Assembly (NCBI GenBank): GCA_963667815.1
Contig: OY764021.1
DNA length: 64,000 bases
Direction: 5' to 3' (one strand)
From: an uncultured Saccharicrinis sp.
Lineage (GTDB): Bacteria; Bacteroidota; Bacteroidia; Bacteroidales; Marinilabiliaceae
Made by a program: the position numbers and the translations under genes. The notes beneath the pieces were generated by a model. That model worked only from the letters and a program-made list of their open reading frames with translations, did no database searches and had not been told where the DNA came from. This document shows, in pieces, positions 28,349-37,568 of the stretch (position 1 is the stretch's first letter; every line of letters begins with the position of its first letter).

Positions 28349-28405
28349 AAGGAAACAAGAATAAAGGTTAAAGGAAAGTTACTTAATGTCTTAAATCTAT
28401 CAAAA

Positions 28406-29665
28406 ATGAAAGTAGTTTATATCATACCGGGAGCTGGAGATTCTTTTTATTGCGGAAATTGTTTTCGTGATAATTTACAGGCCTCAGCACTAAAAAAGAT
28501 CGGACATGACGTCATTATCATGCCATTGTATCTTCCGTTAAAAAATGAGGCCTTTAAAACCAACAGTCCTCTTTTCTTTCCTGCTACTACATATTTTGTT
28601 GCTCAAAAATTCTTTCAAAAAATGGCCATGCCTAATTGGATGCAGCGTCTTTTAGGTTCTGACTCAATGCTTAATTTTGCTTCCTCCATGTCAGGAACTA
28701 CTTCAGCCAAAGGTATGGAGAAAATGACCATGTCAATGATAGAAGGTGATAATCCTGCCTTTTTAAAAGAAGTAACACAATTAACAGAGTGGTTAAAATA
28801 TGAAAAACCAGATGTCGTTCACATATCTACTTCTTTGTTAATTGGAATAGCAAAAGCCATTAAAAATCAAATTAATATTCCGGTAGTTTGTTCGGTTTTA
28901 GATGAAGAAGTGTGGATTGATTCTATGAAAAAACACTATGCAGACATGGCATGGAAAGCTATTGGACAAAATTTACAATACGTAGATCAGCTCACAACCG
29001 TGAGTAATTATTATAAAGATTATGCAAAAAAGAAAGTACCTGAAATCAAAAATCTGGAAGTGATTTATCCGGGTATTGATTTAAATGTTTACAAGCCCGG
29101 AGATCAGGTTAAAAATCCAACGATAGGATTCTTTTACAGACTTAACAAAAAAAATGGGTTGGATATTTTGGCAAAGGCCTTCGTATGTTTGAAGAAGAAA
29201 AATACAATCCCAAATCTTAAACTTAAAATAGGCGGCGGCTTTACCTCGCAGGATAAGAAGTTTATTAATTACGTAAAAAGAATATTAACGCCCTACATTG
29301 ATGATGTGGAATTTGTAAACTCCTATTCCATGTCTGATCATATTGAATTCTATCAGTCTATTTCTGTATTATCTGTTCCTCTTACATTTAACGAAGGTGT
29401 TAGTGTATATACCTGCGAGGCTCTGGCCTGTGGAGTTCCCTCCGTGGAACCAAAGGCCGGTGGTTTTCCCGAAGTAATTGAAAATGCAGGCGTATTATAC
29501 CATCCAAATACTTCTGATGAATTATGTAATGCTCTTGAATCACTTCTTGCAGACAAAGACAGATATATGCAAGCTACAAAAAACGCAAGAGAAAGAGCCT
29601 CTCAACTTTTTGAAGACAAGTGCATGGCTCAGAAACTACTAACCATTTATGAATCTATTCAATAA
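28406..29665 (+). CDS. GT4-family (GT-B) glycosyltransferase with N-terminal CxxC
   Basis: PDVVH, VIYPGID, E-x7-E motif EGVSVYTCEALACG.P, GGFPEV; N-terminal FYCGNCFRD. Confidence 0.85.
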   Translation: MKVVYIIPGAGDSFYCGNCFRDNLQASALKKIGHDVIIMPLYLPLKNEAFKTNSPLFFPATTYFVAQKFFQKMAMPNWMQRLLGSDSMLNFASSMSGTTSAKGMEKMTMSMIEGDNPAFLKEVTQLTEWLKYEKPDVVHISTSLLIGIAKAIKNQINIPVVCSVLDEEVWIDSMKKHYADMAWKAIGQNLQYVDQLTTVSNYYKDYAKKKVPEIKNLEVIYPGIDLNVYKPGDQVKNPTIGFFYRLNKKNGLDILAKAFVCLKKKNTIPNLKLKIGGGFTSQDKKFINYVKRILTPYIDDVEFVNSYSMSDHIEFYQSISVLSVPLTFNEGVSVYTCEALACGVPSVEPKAGGFPEVIENAGVLYHPNTSDELCNALESLLADKDRYMQATKNARERASQLFEDKCMAQKLLTIYESIQ

Positions 29666-29682
29666 CTCAATAAATTAAACCT

Positions 29683-30957
29683 ATGACACTATTTAAAAAA
29701 GTAAGAAAAAGATATTTAGCTATAACTATTTGTGCTTTACTTTTAAGCCAATTAAGCGCACAGGATCAACATGGATGGAGAGGTCCAAATCGTAATGGTA
29801 TATATCCGGATACAAACTTGTTAAAAGAATGGAGCGAAAACGGACCTAAGCAACTTTGGGAAACATTGGATGCTGGGAAAGGTTACTCAAGCCCAGTTAT
29901 TGTTGAAGATCATTTATATATCACAGGAATGAATGAAGCTGAGGATAAAGAAATATTTTCAGCATATACATTAGACGGAAAAAGGGAATATGTTATAGAA
30001 TATGGTTTGCCATGGAATAAATCTTTTCCTGAAACCAGAACTACTCCAACAATAGTGGGCAAAAAAGCATACATGACAAGTGGAATGGGCGATGTGGTTT
30101 GTATTGACATTAAAAAAGGTGAAATAATATGGACCGTTGATGGTACTAAACAATTTGGTGTAAAAACTGGTAGATGGGGTGTTTCAGAATCTCCATTAAT
30201 CATTGATAATAAAGTTATATTTACTCCAGGTGGCGACCAAACAACAATGGTAGCTTTAGATGCAAAAAGTGGAGATATCATATGGAAAACTAAAAGTTTG
30301 GGAGATATATGCAACTACGGCTCACCTCTTTTAATTGAGCACAATGGTATAAAACAAATTGTAGGAATTACAGGAAAAAATGTGATTGGTGTAAACCCTG
30401 ATAATGGCGAAATAATATGGACTTTTAATGATTGGGGACAAGTAGCAGAAGAAAGAGGAAGAGAAAAAATATCGCCAAATACGCCTCTGTTTAAGGATGG
30501 AAAGATCTTCGTTTCCAGTGGATATAATGTTAATTCTTTTCTTTTACAACTCAATGATGATGCTACAGATGTGAGTGTTATATGGAGAAATGAAGATTTG
30601 GACACACACCTTGGTGGATATGTTTTAGTAGATCATACAATTTATGGTTCAAACTGGCTTAACAATGCTAAAGGAAATTGGGTAGCCGTTGATTGGAACA
30701 CAGGAGAAACAAAATATGAAACAGAATGGGAAGGAAAAGGCAAAGGCGCTATCATTAGTGCAGATGGCATGCTTTATTGTTACGATGAAAAACAAGGTTA
30801 TGTAGGATTAGTCCCTGCTAATTCTGATTCTTTTAAGGTAGTGAGTGAATTTAAGATCACTAAGGGTGAAGGTCCATTCTGGGCACATCCTGTTATCAAT
30901 CAAGGTATTTTATATGTTCGCCACGGAAATGCATTGATGGCCTTTGCTATTAAATAG
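29683..30957 (+). CDS. Secreted PQQ-binding-like beta-propeller, paralogue of 11298
   Basis: Signal peptide; WRGPNRNG; same C-terminal WAHPVI..G.LYVRHG..LMA..IK as 11298. Confidence 0.8.
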   Translation: MTLFKKVRKRYLAITICALLLSQLSAQDQHGWRGPNRNGIYPDTNLLKEWSENGPKQLWETLDAGKGYSSPVIVEDHLYITGMNEAEDKEIFSAYTLDGKREYVIEYGLPWNKSFPETRTTPTIVGKKAYMTSGMGDVVCIDIKKGEIIWTVDGTKQFGVKTGRWGVSESPLIIDNKVIFTPGGDQTTMVALDAKSGDIIWKTKSLGDICNYGSPLLIEHNGIKQIVGITGKNVIGVNPDNGEIIWTFNDWGQVAEERGREKISPNTPLFKDGKIFVSSGYNVNSFLLQLNDDATDVSVIWRNEDLDTHLGGYVLVDHTIYGSNWLNNAKGNWVAVDWNTGETKYETEWEGKGKGAIISADGMLYCYDEKQGYVGLVPANSDSFKVVSEFKITKGEGPFWAHPVINQGILYVRHGNALMAFAIK

Positions 30958-30993
30958 TACTTAAAACCGAGCTTATCACTAAAGACATTAATA

Positions 30994-31047
30994 AAAACCT
31001 TCGATCATCAACAAACAAAATTGATTCGATTTTTAATCGAAGGTTTT
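30994..31047 (+). terminator. Inverted repeat closing the 26-kb cluster
   Basis: AAAACCTTCGAT...ATCGAAGGTTTT, 12-bp perfect stem with a 30-nt loop. Confidence 0.5.
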
Positions 31048-31100
31048 GTAATTAATACATATTTTTGGACCACTTTTGAAGTAAATAGAAGATTATATAT

Positions 31101-32111
31101 ATGAACTTTTTAAACAGTTACAATCCATACAAGTTAATATTAATCAGCCTTATAGGTTCTTTAATTATTGTATACCCAAATATTGCGTGGTTACCATGGA
31201 AATTGGGTTATCTTGAAGGACATGCTCGTACTGTTCATATAAACTTTTTTATTTTCAGATATATATATTTTTCTGTTTTGATTGGTGTACTGGTTCATTT
31301 TAATTTAAGAAAGATAACCACCTTACATTTTGGCCGAAGACTATCTCGCAATGTTATTATTGGAACAATTGCCTACCTGATTTATGTATCAGTTTCATAT
31401 TCATTTTGTTCACATGCAGATTGTTTTGGTAGCATCCTGATTTTTCAGTTTATTGTCATGTGCTTTTTATGTTCATTTGTTGGCCACGTATCATTTATGT
31501 ACAAAGATCAGCGTCAAAAGGATCTGGAAATCGAACATTTAAAAGTAGAGAATCTTCAAAGTCGTTGCGATGCCTTAGCAAACCAGATAAATCCACACTT
31601 TTTCTTTAACTCTTTAAATAGCATCACTGCACTGGTTCGTAAAAAAAATGATGAAAACACTCTGGAGTTTGTAAATAAACTTTCTGATGTGTTCCGATAT
31701 ATCCTAAAAAGTGAAAAGAAGGGTTTAGTCACTTTAAAAGAAGAACTGGTGTTTATATCCTCATTCAGGTACATGCTGGAAGTTCGATTTGCTAATAAAA
31801 TTGAGTTCAAAATTAAGGTAGATGAAAAACAAATGGATCTTAAAATCCCGAGCTTATCATTATTACCTTTAGTTGATAACATCGTTGTTCACAATACCAT
31901 TGACAGTGAAAACAAAATGGAAGTGGTTATACAAACTAATGCTAAAGGAGAACTTGAAATTAGCAATCCAATACATCCCAAAATAGCGCCGAATATAACC
32001 AATGGTATAGGTTTGAAAAATCTGGAAAACAGATTTCAACTTTTAATGAATAAAAAAATTAGAATTAGCGATGATAATAAGACTTTTACAGTAATATTAC
32101 CATTAAAATAA
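31101..32111 (+). CDS. LytS-type membrane sensor histidine kinase
   Basis: N-terminal TM helices; QINPHFFFNSLN H-box; GIGLKNL G-box. Confidence 0.9.
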   Translation: MNFLNSYNPYKLILISLIGSLIIVYPNIAWLPWKLGYLEGHARTVHINFFIFRYIYFSVLIGVLVHFNLRKITTLHFGRRLSRNVIIGTIAYLIYVSVSYSFCSHADCFGSILIFQFIVMCFLCSFVGHVSFMYKDQRQKDLEIEHLKVENLQSRCDALANQINPHFFFNSLNSITALVRKKNDENTLEFVNKLSDVFRYILKSEKKGLVTLKEELVFISSFRYMLEVRFANKIEFKIKVDEKQMDLKIPSLSLLPLVDNIVVHNTIDSENKMEVVIQTNAKGELEISNPIHPKIAPNITNGIGLKNLENRFQLLMNKKIRISDDNKTFTVILPLK

Positions 32112-32172
32112 ACACCTAATTTTACAAACATTGCATATTGTAATAACTCAAATTTTAATAATTATATATTAA

Positions 32173-32925
32173 ATGAAAGTATTAATAGTTGAAGATGAAA
32201 CCGTAGCTTTTGAAAACCTGGTTGAGATAATAAAAGAAATTGATGAAACTATTGATATTGTAGGTAATACAGAGAGCATTCGCCAAACAATTTCGTGGCT
32301 CAACAAAAACATATATCCCGATTTAATTTTAATGGATATTCATTTATCAGATGGAAATGCCTTTGAAATATTTCAACAAATTACAATAGAAGTTCCTATT
32401 ATATTTACTACTGCCTATGACGAATATGCTATTGAAGCTTTTAAAGTAAATAGTGTAGATTACTTGTTAAAACCTATCAAGGTACATGAACTTGAAAAAT
32501 CACTTCTGAAATTCAAAAAATGGACAAGAACTGAAGTAGTTCAATATCTTTCTAACATGTCTGAACTTCATCCACCCCAAAAATATATTGGTAAGATGTT
32601 GATACCGTTTAAAGATAAGCTTATACCTGTGAGCGTGAAGGATATTAGTTGCTTTTATACAAGTGATAAAAATACCCTTGTGTTACTTAAAAACGGACAA
32701 CAATATTCTTACTCTAAAACATTGGAACAAATTGCAACCACTTTAAATCCAAATGAGTTTATCAGAGCTAACAAACAATATCTTATTGCTCGTGACAGCG
32801 TTACTAATATCACTATTTGGTTTGATAATCGCTTGCTTTTGCAGTTAGATATTGATACACCTGAAAAAATATTTGTAAGTAAAAATAAAGCTGCCGAATT
32901 TAAAAATTGGATGATGAATGAGTAA
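32173..32925 (+). CDS. LytTR-family response regulator
   Basis: Receiver IVEDE / LMDIHL / FTTAYD / YLLKP plus LytTR domain FIRANKQYLI. Confidence 0.92.
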   Translation: MKVLIVEDETVAFENLVEIIKEIDETIDIVGNTESIRQTISWLNKNIYPDLILMDIHLSDGNAFEIFQQITIEVPIIFTTAYDEYAIEAFKVNSVDYLLKPIKVHELEKSLLKFKKWTRTEVVQYLSNMSELHPPQKYIGKMLIPFKDKLIPVSVKDISCFYTSDKNTLVLLKNGQQYSYSKTLEQIATTLNPNEFIRANKQYLIARDSVTNITIWFDNRLLLQLDIDTPEKIFVSKNKAAEFKNWMMNE

Positions 32926-32930
32926 TAATC

Positions 32931-33701
32931 TTATGCAGGTTTAATTTTCTGATAAAGAGCCATCAAATTTTCGTTAAACGCATCTTTAATTATATCTTCT
33001 TTATCAGCCAATGGTTTTATAGGAATCAAATCAACTACCTCTTCATAATCCAATTTCGACTGATACATCAATTCCAAAGATGCTTTTAATGTTTCATAAA
33101 CAGCATCCTTGCTCTCCTTTGGGGTTAACCCCATTAGTTGTCCAATGGACTCCATGTCCTTCCATTGAAACCAAAAATAAGTGGGTAGCATGGCTGAAGC
33201 AATGGCATAAGCTTCTAATTTTTCTTCTTTTGTTTGAACACATTCTCCCATTATTTCCAGCATATCTAGTATTAGATTTTTATCTGAAGACTTAATGGTA
33301 TCAGAAAAACATACGGGGTTGTATCCTCTATTAATTATTGAAGAGGCATTTGGAATTATACGAACTATATGCTTTGTTTGGATAATATTTGAGAGGTTTT
33401 CAATAGTAAATTTTGGAGCTAATGAAACAACTAAAGTTTCAGGTGAAACAATTTCTGCAATTTCATTACCTACTTCTTTAATTTTTGGTGGATGTAAAGC
33501 AATAATAAGAAGATCTACTCCTACTAATGATGAAATCTTTGTTGATATTTCTATTTGAGAAAAATTTTCTTTTAAATTGCTTAATACCTCAGTATTTATA
33601 TCACATACCTTAATGGAAGAAAACACAACATCTTTTAATGACTGAAGAAATATTCGGGAAATTCTACCTCCTCCAATAAACCCTATTGATTTTGTTTTCA
33701 T
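32931..33701 (-). CDS. ProC-like NAD(P)-dependent oxidoreductase
   Basis: IGFIGGGRI Rossmann motif, VSLAP, VRIIPN; lacks the usual ProC SPGGTT motif. Confidence 0.65.
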   Translation of the reverse strand: MKTKSIGFIGGGRISRIFLQSLKDVVFSSIKVCDINTEVLSNLKENFSQIEISTKISSLVGVDLLIIALHPPKIKEVGNEIAEIVSPETLVVSLAPKFTIENLSNIIQTKHIVRIIPNASSIINRGYNPVCFSDTIKSSDKNLILDMLEIMGECVQTKEEKLEAYAIASAMLPTYFWFQWKDMESIGQLMGLTPKESKDAVYETLKASLELMYQSKLDYEEVVDLIPIKPLADKEDIIKDAFNENLMALYQKIKPA

Positions 33702-33830
33702 AACAATAACATTTGAATTTTAGAACATATAAAAACATAAGACAATAAGTTACGATTTTTACTGAACTAGATCAATAGATACAAAATGTGGTCATCTCTA
33801 AATAAATTAAATCAAGAATAAAATCAAATG

Positions 33831-34595
33831 TTATATGTTCTCAAGAATCGGTTTTTCAAACTCCACCCATTTTTCATAGCCCTTTTCACTCAAATGAACT
33901 CCATCAACAGTCAGTTCTTTAATCATCATTCCTTTTGAGTTGACAAATTGTTTATACAAATCTATTACAGTATAAACTCCTTTATTTTCATTTTCCTTAA
34001 TCACTTTATTTACTATTTCAACATCAGCATTTATATAGTCGCGATTTGTAGGTAAAACTGTTCTTACATATATTTTTGTATCCGGAGACTTTCGTTTGAT
34101 ATATTGGGTAATTTTAAGAATATTTTTACCCACATATTTAGCTGATGGTACAATCTTATCGTACTTAAATCTTCCATCACCTTCTTTATAATGTTTATTA
34201 AAAAGATCGTTTATACCTATTAAAATAAATACTGCTTTGGGTTTAAAATAAACAACCTCATCTAATCGCTTCAATACACCGTCACTAACATCTCCAGCAA
34301 TTCCCCTGTTATAAATATTAGCAATTCCTGTTTTTTGAGTCCAATCACGACCTTTTTCTGTAATGCTATTACCTATAAAAACAATACCATCAAATCCTAA
34401 AGGGGCTTTTTTAAACACATCAATCCGAGCCTTGTAATGTTTTATAGTCCAATCATTATGATATCTTGAAACCACTTCGTTAAATGGGTAAAACTTTGAT
34501 TGATCCTTTTTTGAAAGTTGTTGCTGTGCGGTTATATTTATGCAAATAAGAAGCATAATTAGCAGGATAATTTCCTTTCTCAATTTTAGATTCAT
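33831..34595 (-). CDS. Secreted SGNH/GDSL-family hydrolase
   Basis: Signal peptide; blocks GNSIT, NRGIAGD, GIND, DGVH. Confidence 0.88.
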   Translation of the reverse strand: MNLKLRKEIILLIMLLICINITAQQQLSKKDQSKFYPFNEVVSRYHNDWTIKHYKARIDVFKKAPLGFDGIVFIGNSITEKGRDWTQKTGIANIYNRGIAGDVSDGVLKRLDEVVYFKPKAVFILIGINDLFNKHYKEGDGRFKYDKIVPSAKYVGKNILKITQYIKRKSPDTKIYVRTVLPTNRDYINADVEIVNKVIKENENKGVYTVIDLYKQFVNSKGMMIKELTVDGVHLSEKGYEKWVEFEKPILENI

Positions 34596-34849
34596 TACTT
34601 AATATTTTTTGCTTTATTAATATCAAAACTGCTATTCTTCAAATGCAATTATTCTTGAGGTAAACATAGAAATATTAACTATCATAATACTGTAATTATT
34701 TCCTTTTATGATGGAAATACATTCAGATGTGGTTAGATCGTCTTAAACAAATATCAGCTTCTTATCTACCAAAACATTTGATTTCAAAGTCGATTAATTG
34801 AATAAAGTGGCATATACAGAATATTAATTTTAAGTAAGTATAATACCTA

Positions 34850-34871
34850 TTTACCTACAGTTTACCTACAG
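34850..34871 (+). repeat. 11-bp direct repeat (TTTACCTACAG)x2
   Basis: Two exact adjacent copies in the divergent intergenic region. Confidence 0.8.
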
Positions 34872-35064
34872 AAATGAGATATTTATCAGAAAGATCAATC
34901 TTATCATAACCACATACCGTACAATTTGCTAAAGAATAATTACAATATTAGACATATGAAACAAAGTGTGAGAATACTTTACCATAAAGGCTAAAGTTTC
35001 TTATAAGTGAAGTTGATTTGATTAGGGGAGTTCCATATAGTTCTAGGAAATAAATTTTAATCCT

Positions 35065-35442
35065 ATGAAAAAGATATTAATAGTTGACGATGCCGTTGAT
35101 TCAAGAATAATAATGAAAAAACTTTTGTCTAAATTTAACTTTGAAATATTGGAAGCCGAAGATGGAATTGAAGGATGGAATATAATGATTAAGGAAAAAC
35201 CGGATCTTGTGCTCTTGGACCTTTACATGCCAAATAAAGATGGTTTTGAAACACTTAATGATATTCAAGAAGAGTGGCTTGAAATACCTACCATAATATT
35301 ATCAGGTGACGACTCCAGTAAAACCATACATTCTTGCCTTTCTAACGGAGCTGCAGCATTTATTCCTAAACCAATAGATAAAAACCTTTTTTATAAAAAA
35401 ATTAGTGATAGAATGACTGATGTTATTATCAATTATAAATAG
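35065..35442 (+). CDS. Stand-alone CheY-like receiver protein
   Basis: LIVDD, LVLLDLYMP, LSG, FIPKP; no output domain. Confidence 0.9.
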   Translation: MKKILIVDDAVDSRIIMKKLLSKFNFEILEAEDGIEGWNIMIKEKPDLVLLDLYMPNKDGFETLNDIQEEWLEIPTIILSGDDSSKTIHSCLSNGAAAFIPKPIDKNLFYKKISDRMTDVIINYK

Positions 35443-35571
35443 GCCATCAGTTCCTTCCATATAAACAAACTTACATTTCATATTATACTTTATTCATCTG
35501 ATAAAATATATAAAAATAGGTTCTAATAGATTTTACTATTTTTGTGCTTCATTATATTTTACAAAAGAAAA

Positions 35572-36210
35572 ATGGAAAGTATTGAGAATACCTGCATCAA
35601 AGTTGAAAAAGCTATTCAAAGAATAAAAGAAGGAGGAATTGTTGTTGTAACAGATGATGACAACAGAGAAAATGAAGGGGATTTTATTGCTGCGGCAGAA
35701 TTAATGACTCCTGAAATGGTAAACTTTTTTGTCACAGAAGGTCGTGGTTTACTTTGTGTTAGCCTAACTGCAGAAAGATGTAAAGAATTAGAATTAGATT
35801 TAATGGTTTCAAATAATACCTCAACCAATGAAACACAATTTACAGTATCTGTTGATCTTTTAGGCGAGGATGTTTCTACTGGAATTTCAGCATCTGATCG
35901 TTCAAAAACGATACAAGCTTTAATAGATCCTGATACAAAACCGGAACAACTTGGCAGACCAGGACATATCTTTCCATTGGTTGCCCATAAAGGTGGACTT
36001 ACTGAGCGAAACGGACATACTGAAGCAGCAATTTTACTTCCAGTACTTGCCGGTTTAAAACCTGCTGGAGCGTTAATTGAAGTTATGAATGAGGATGGCA
36101 CTATGGCTCGCTATAATGATATTAAATTAATATCTGAAAAGCATGATATTCCATTAATTACTATTGAGGAAATTCTCTTATACTTAAAAGAAAAATCAAT
36201 TAGTATTTAA
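35572..36210 (+). CDS. ribB: 3,4-dihydroxy-2-butanone 4-phosphate synthase (stand-alone)
   Basis: DDDNRENEGD, GRGLLC, FTVSVD, TGISASDR, RPGHIFPL, GHTEA. ATG at 35572; TATTTTTG -7 box at 35537-35544. Confidence 0.95.
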   Translation: MESIENTCIKVEKAIQRIKEGGIVVVTDDDNRENEGDFIAAAELMTPEMVNFFVTEGRGLLCVSLTAERCKELELDLMVSNNTSTNETQFTVSVDLLGEDVSTGISASDRSKTIQALIDPDTKPEQLGRPGHIFPLVAHKGGLTERNGHTEAAILLPVLAGLKPAGALIEVMNEDGTMARYNDIKLISEKHDIPLITIEEILLYLKEKSISI

Positions 36211-36224
36211 ATGATACAAGAATA

Positions 36225-36253
36225 TTTGTCCTCAGGTAATGCTTGGGGACAAA
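36225..36253. terminator. Hairpin after ribB
   Basis: TTTGTCCTCAGG-TAATG-CTTGGGGACAAA stem-loop between convergent genes. Confidence 0.55.
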
Positions 36254-36474
36254 CAAAATCACATACATTATTTTTCCCATCAAATACTATATTAAAAAAC
36301 TCTTTTAAAAGAGACTGTATCAATAATTAATAAAGTAAATAAACCATATGCTTTGTAAATACGGGGGAAATCTAGACACAAAATATGATGTAAATATTTA
36401 TTATTAAACACATTAACAATACAGTTAATCATTTACCAATACAGCCTCTTTTATTATACTTTAAATCATAAATC

Positions 36475-36675
36475 TTATCTTCTTCCCATACCTTGACCAT
36501 TTTCTAATCCTCTGCCACGTTTGTTACCATTACTTCTACCTCTACCCTGTCCTCGACCTACTCCCTTTCCTAAAAGAGTTTCGTCCGAAGAAATATTTTC
36601 AAGATTACATTTCCCCATTTTACGACCTGTCTGAGCACCTTTACCTTCAGGGCCAGTTTTATCAAATCTTGGCAT
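36475..36675 (-). CDS. Small Gly/Arg-rich DUF5320-like protein
   Basis: MPRFDKTGPEGKGAQTGRKMGKC start and GRGQGRG repeats; ATG at 36675. Confidence 0.7.
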   Translation of the reverse strand: MPRFDKTGPEGKGAQTGRKMGKCNLENISSDETLLGKGVGRGQGRGRSNGNKRGRGLENGQGMGRR

Positions 36676-36894
36676 AACTACCTCCTTTTTATTATATACA
36701 AATCCTATTGAGAATATTCTCACTTCAAATATAGTGAGAATATTAACTTTCAGAAAGTATATTTTAGAATTTCTTTAAGACATAGTCATTTTAAATACGG
36801 ATTATTATTTACCAGATACCTTAAAATCATTAACCCACATCTTTTAATCGTAAAATTGAAAACTTATTTTTTAATCTATTGCAGATATTATTAC

Positions 36895-37479
36895 TTACCT
36901 AAACGGTTTGGGTTTTTCTTTAATGAAAGCACTTTCTACAGTATCTTCAATTCTCTTTAGTCGGGTTTCTGGTCGCTTAGCTAAAACAATCCATTGTAAA
37001 ATTCCTTTCCTAAATGATTTACTTAAACTCAGAAAAAACTCTTTTGATCCCGGCTTCTTTTTAAAAGCTTGTTCTAAATCATCTGGTAACTCAAGATTTT
37101 CCACACTATCTATAATAGACCAGGAACCATTTTCTTTGGCAATTTCAATACTCTTTAAACCTGATTTAGTTACTAGTCCCAACTTTAATAACTTTTCAAT
37201 TTTATCCTTATTAATTTTAGACCAGGTACTTTCTTGCTTTCGCTTACAAAAATATTGCTTATACTTATCATCATCTATAGGCCTTTTTACACCATCAATC
37301 CATCCAAAACACAGCGCTTCATCAACAGCTTCACTCCAATTTAGATTAGGAGTAGCAAAATTCTTCTTATAGATAATAAGCCAAACAGCGTTCTTTCTCG
37401 TATGATTCAGTTCCAACCAATTTCTCCATTCTTGCTTATTTCCAGGACAAAATTCTTCGATTTCGGCATTCATTATCAC
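36895..37479 (-). CDS. YdeI/OmpD-associated family protein
   Basis: WRNWLE.NH, EALCFGWIDG, WSKINK, LPDDL..A, AKRPETRLKRI. Confidence 0.85.
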   Translation of the reverse strand: MIMNAEIEEFCPGNKQEWRNWLELNHTRKNAVWLIIYKKNFATPNLNWSEAVDEALCFGWIDGVKRPIDDDKYKQYFCKRKQESTWSKINKDKIEKLLKLGLVTKSGLKSIEIAKENGSWSIIDSVENLELPDDLEQAFKKKPGSKEFFLSLSKSFRKGILQWIVLAKRPETRLKRIEDTVESAFIKEKPKPFR

Positions 37480-37568
37480 AAACTAATATTAAGAACATTC
37501 ACTTTTTTCATTCACAAATATAAATGTGGAAATTATTAATCACATTGAAACTAGTATAAATTAAAATG

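Noticed and set aside
11298-30957. BamB or PQQ-dependent dehydrogenase annotation for the five propellers
   Set aside because: Only generic Trp-docking repeats are visible; no pqq or bam genes are in the window, and five copies with varied anchors do not fit BamB.
35443-35571. FMN riboswitch upstream of ribB
   Set aside because: The gap is short and AT-rich, lacks RFN conserved sequence, and the -7 box lies only about 30 nt from the ATG.
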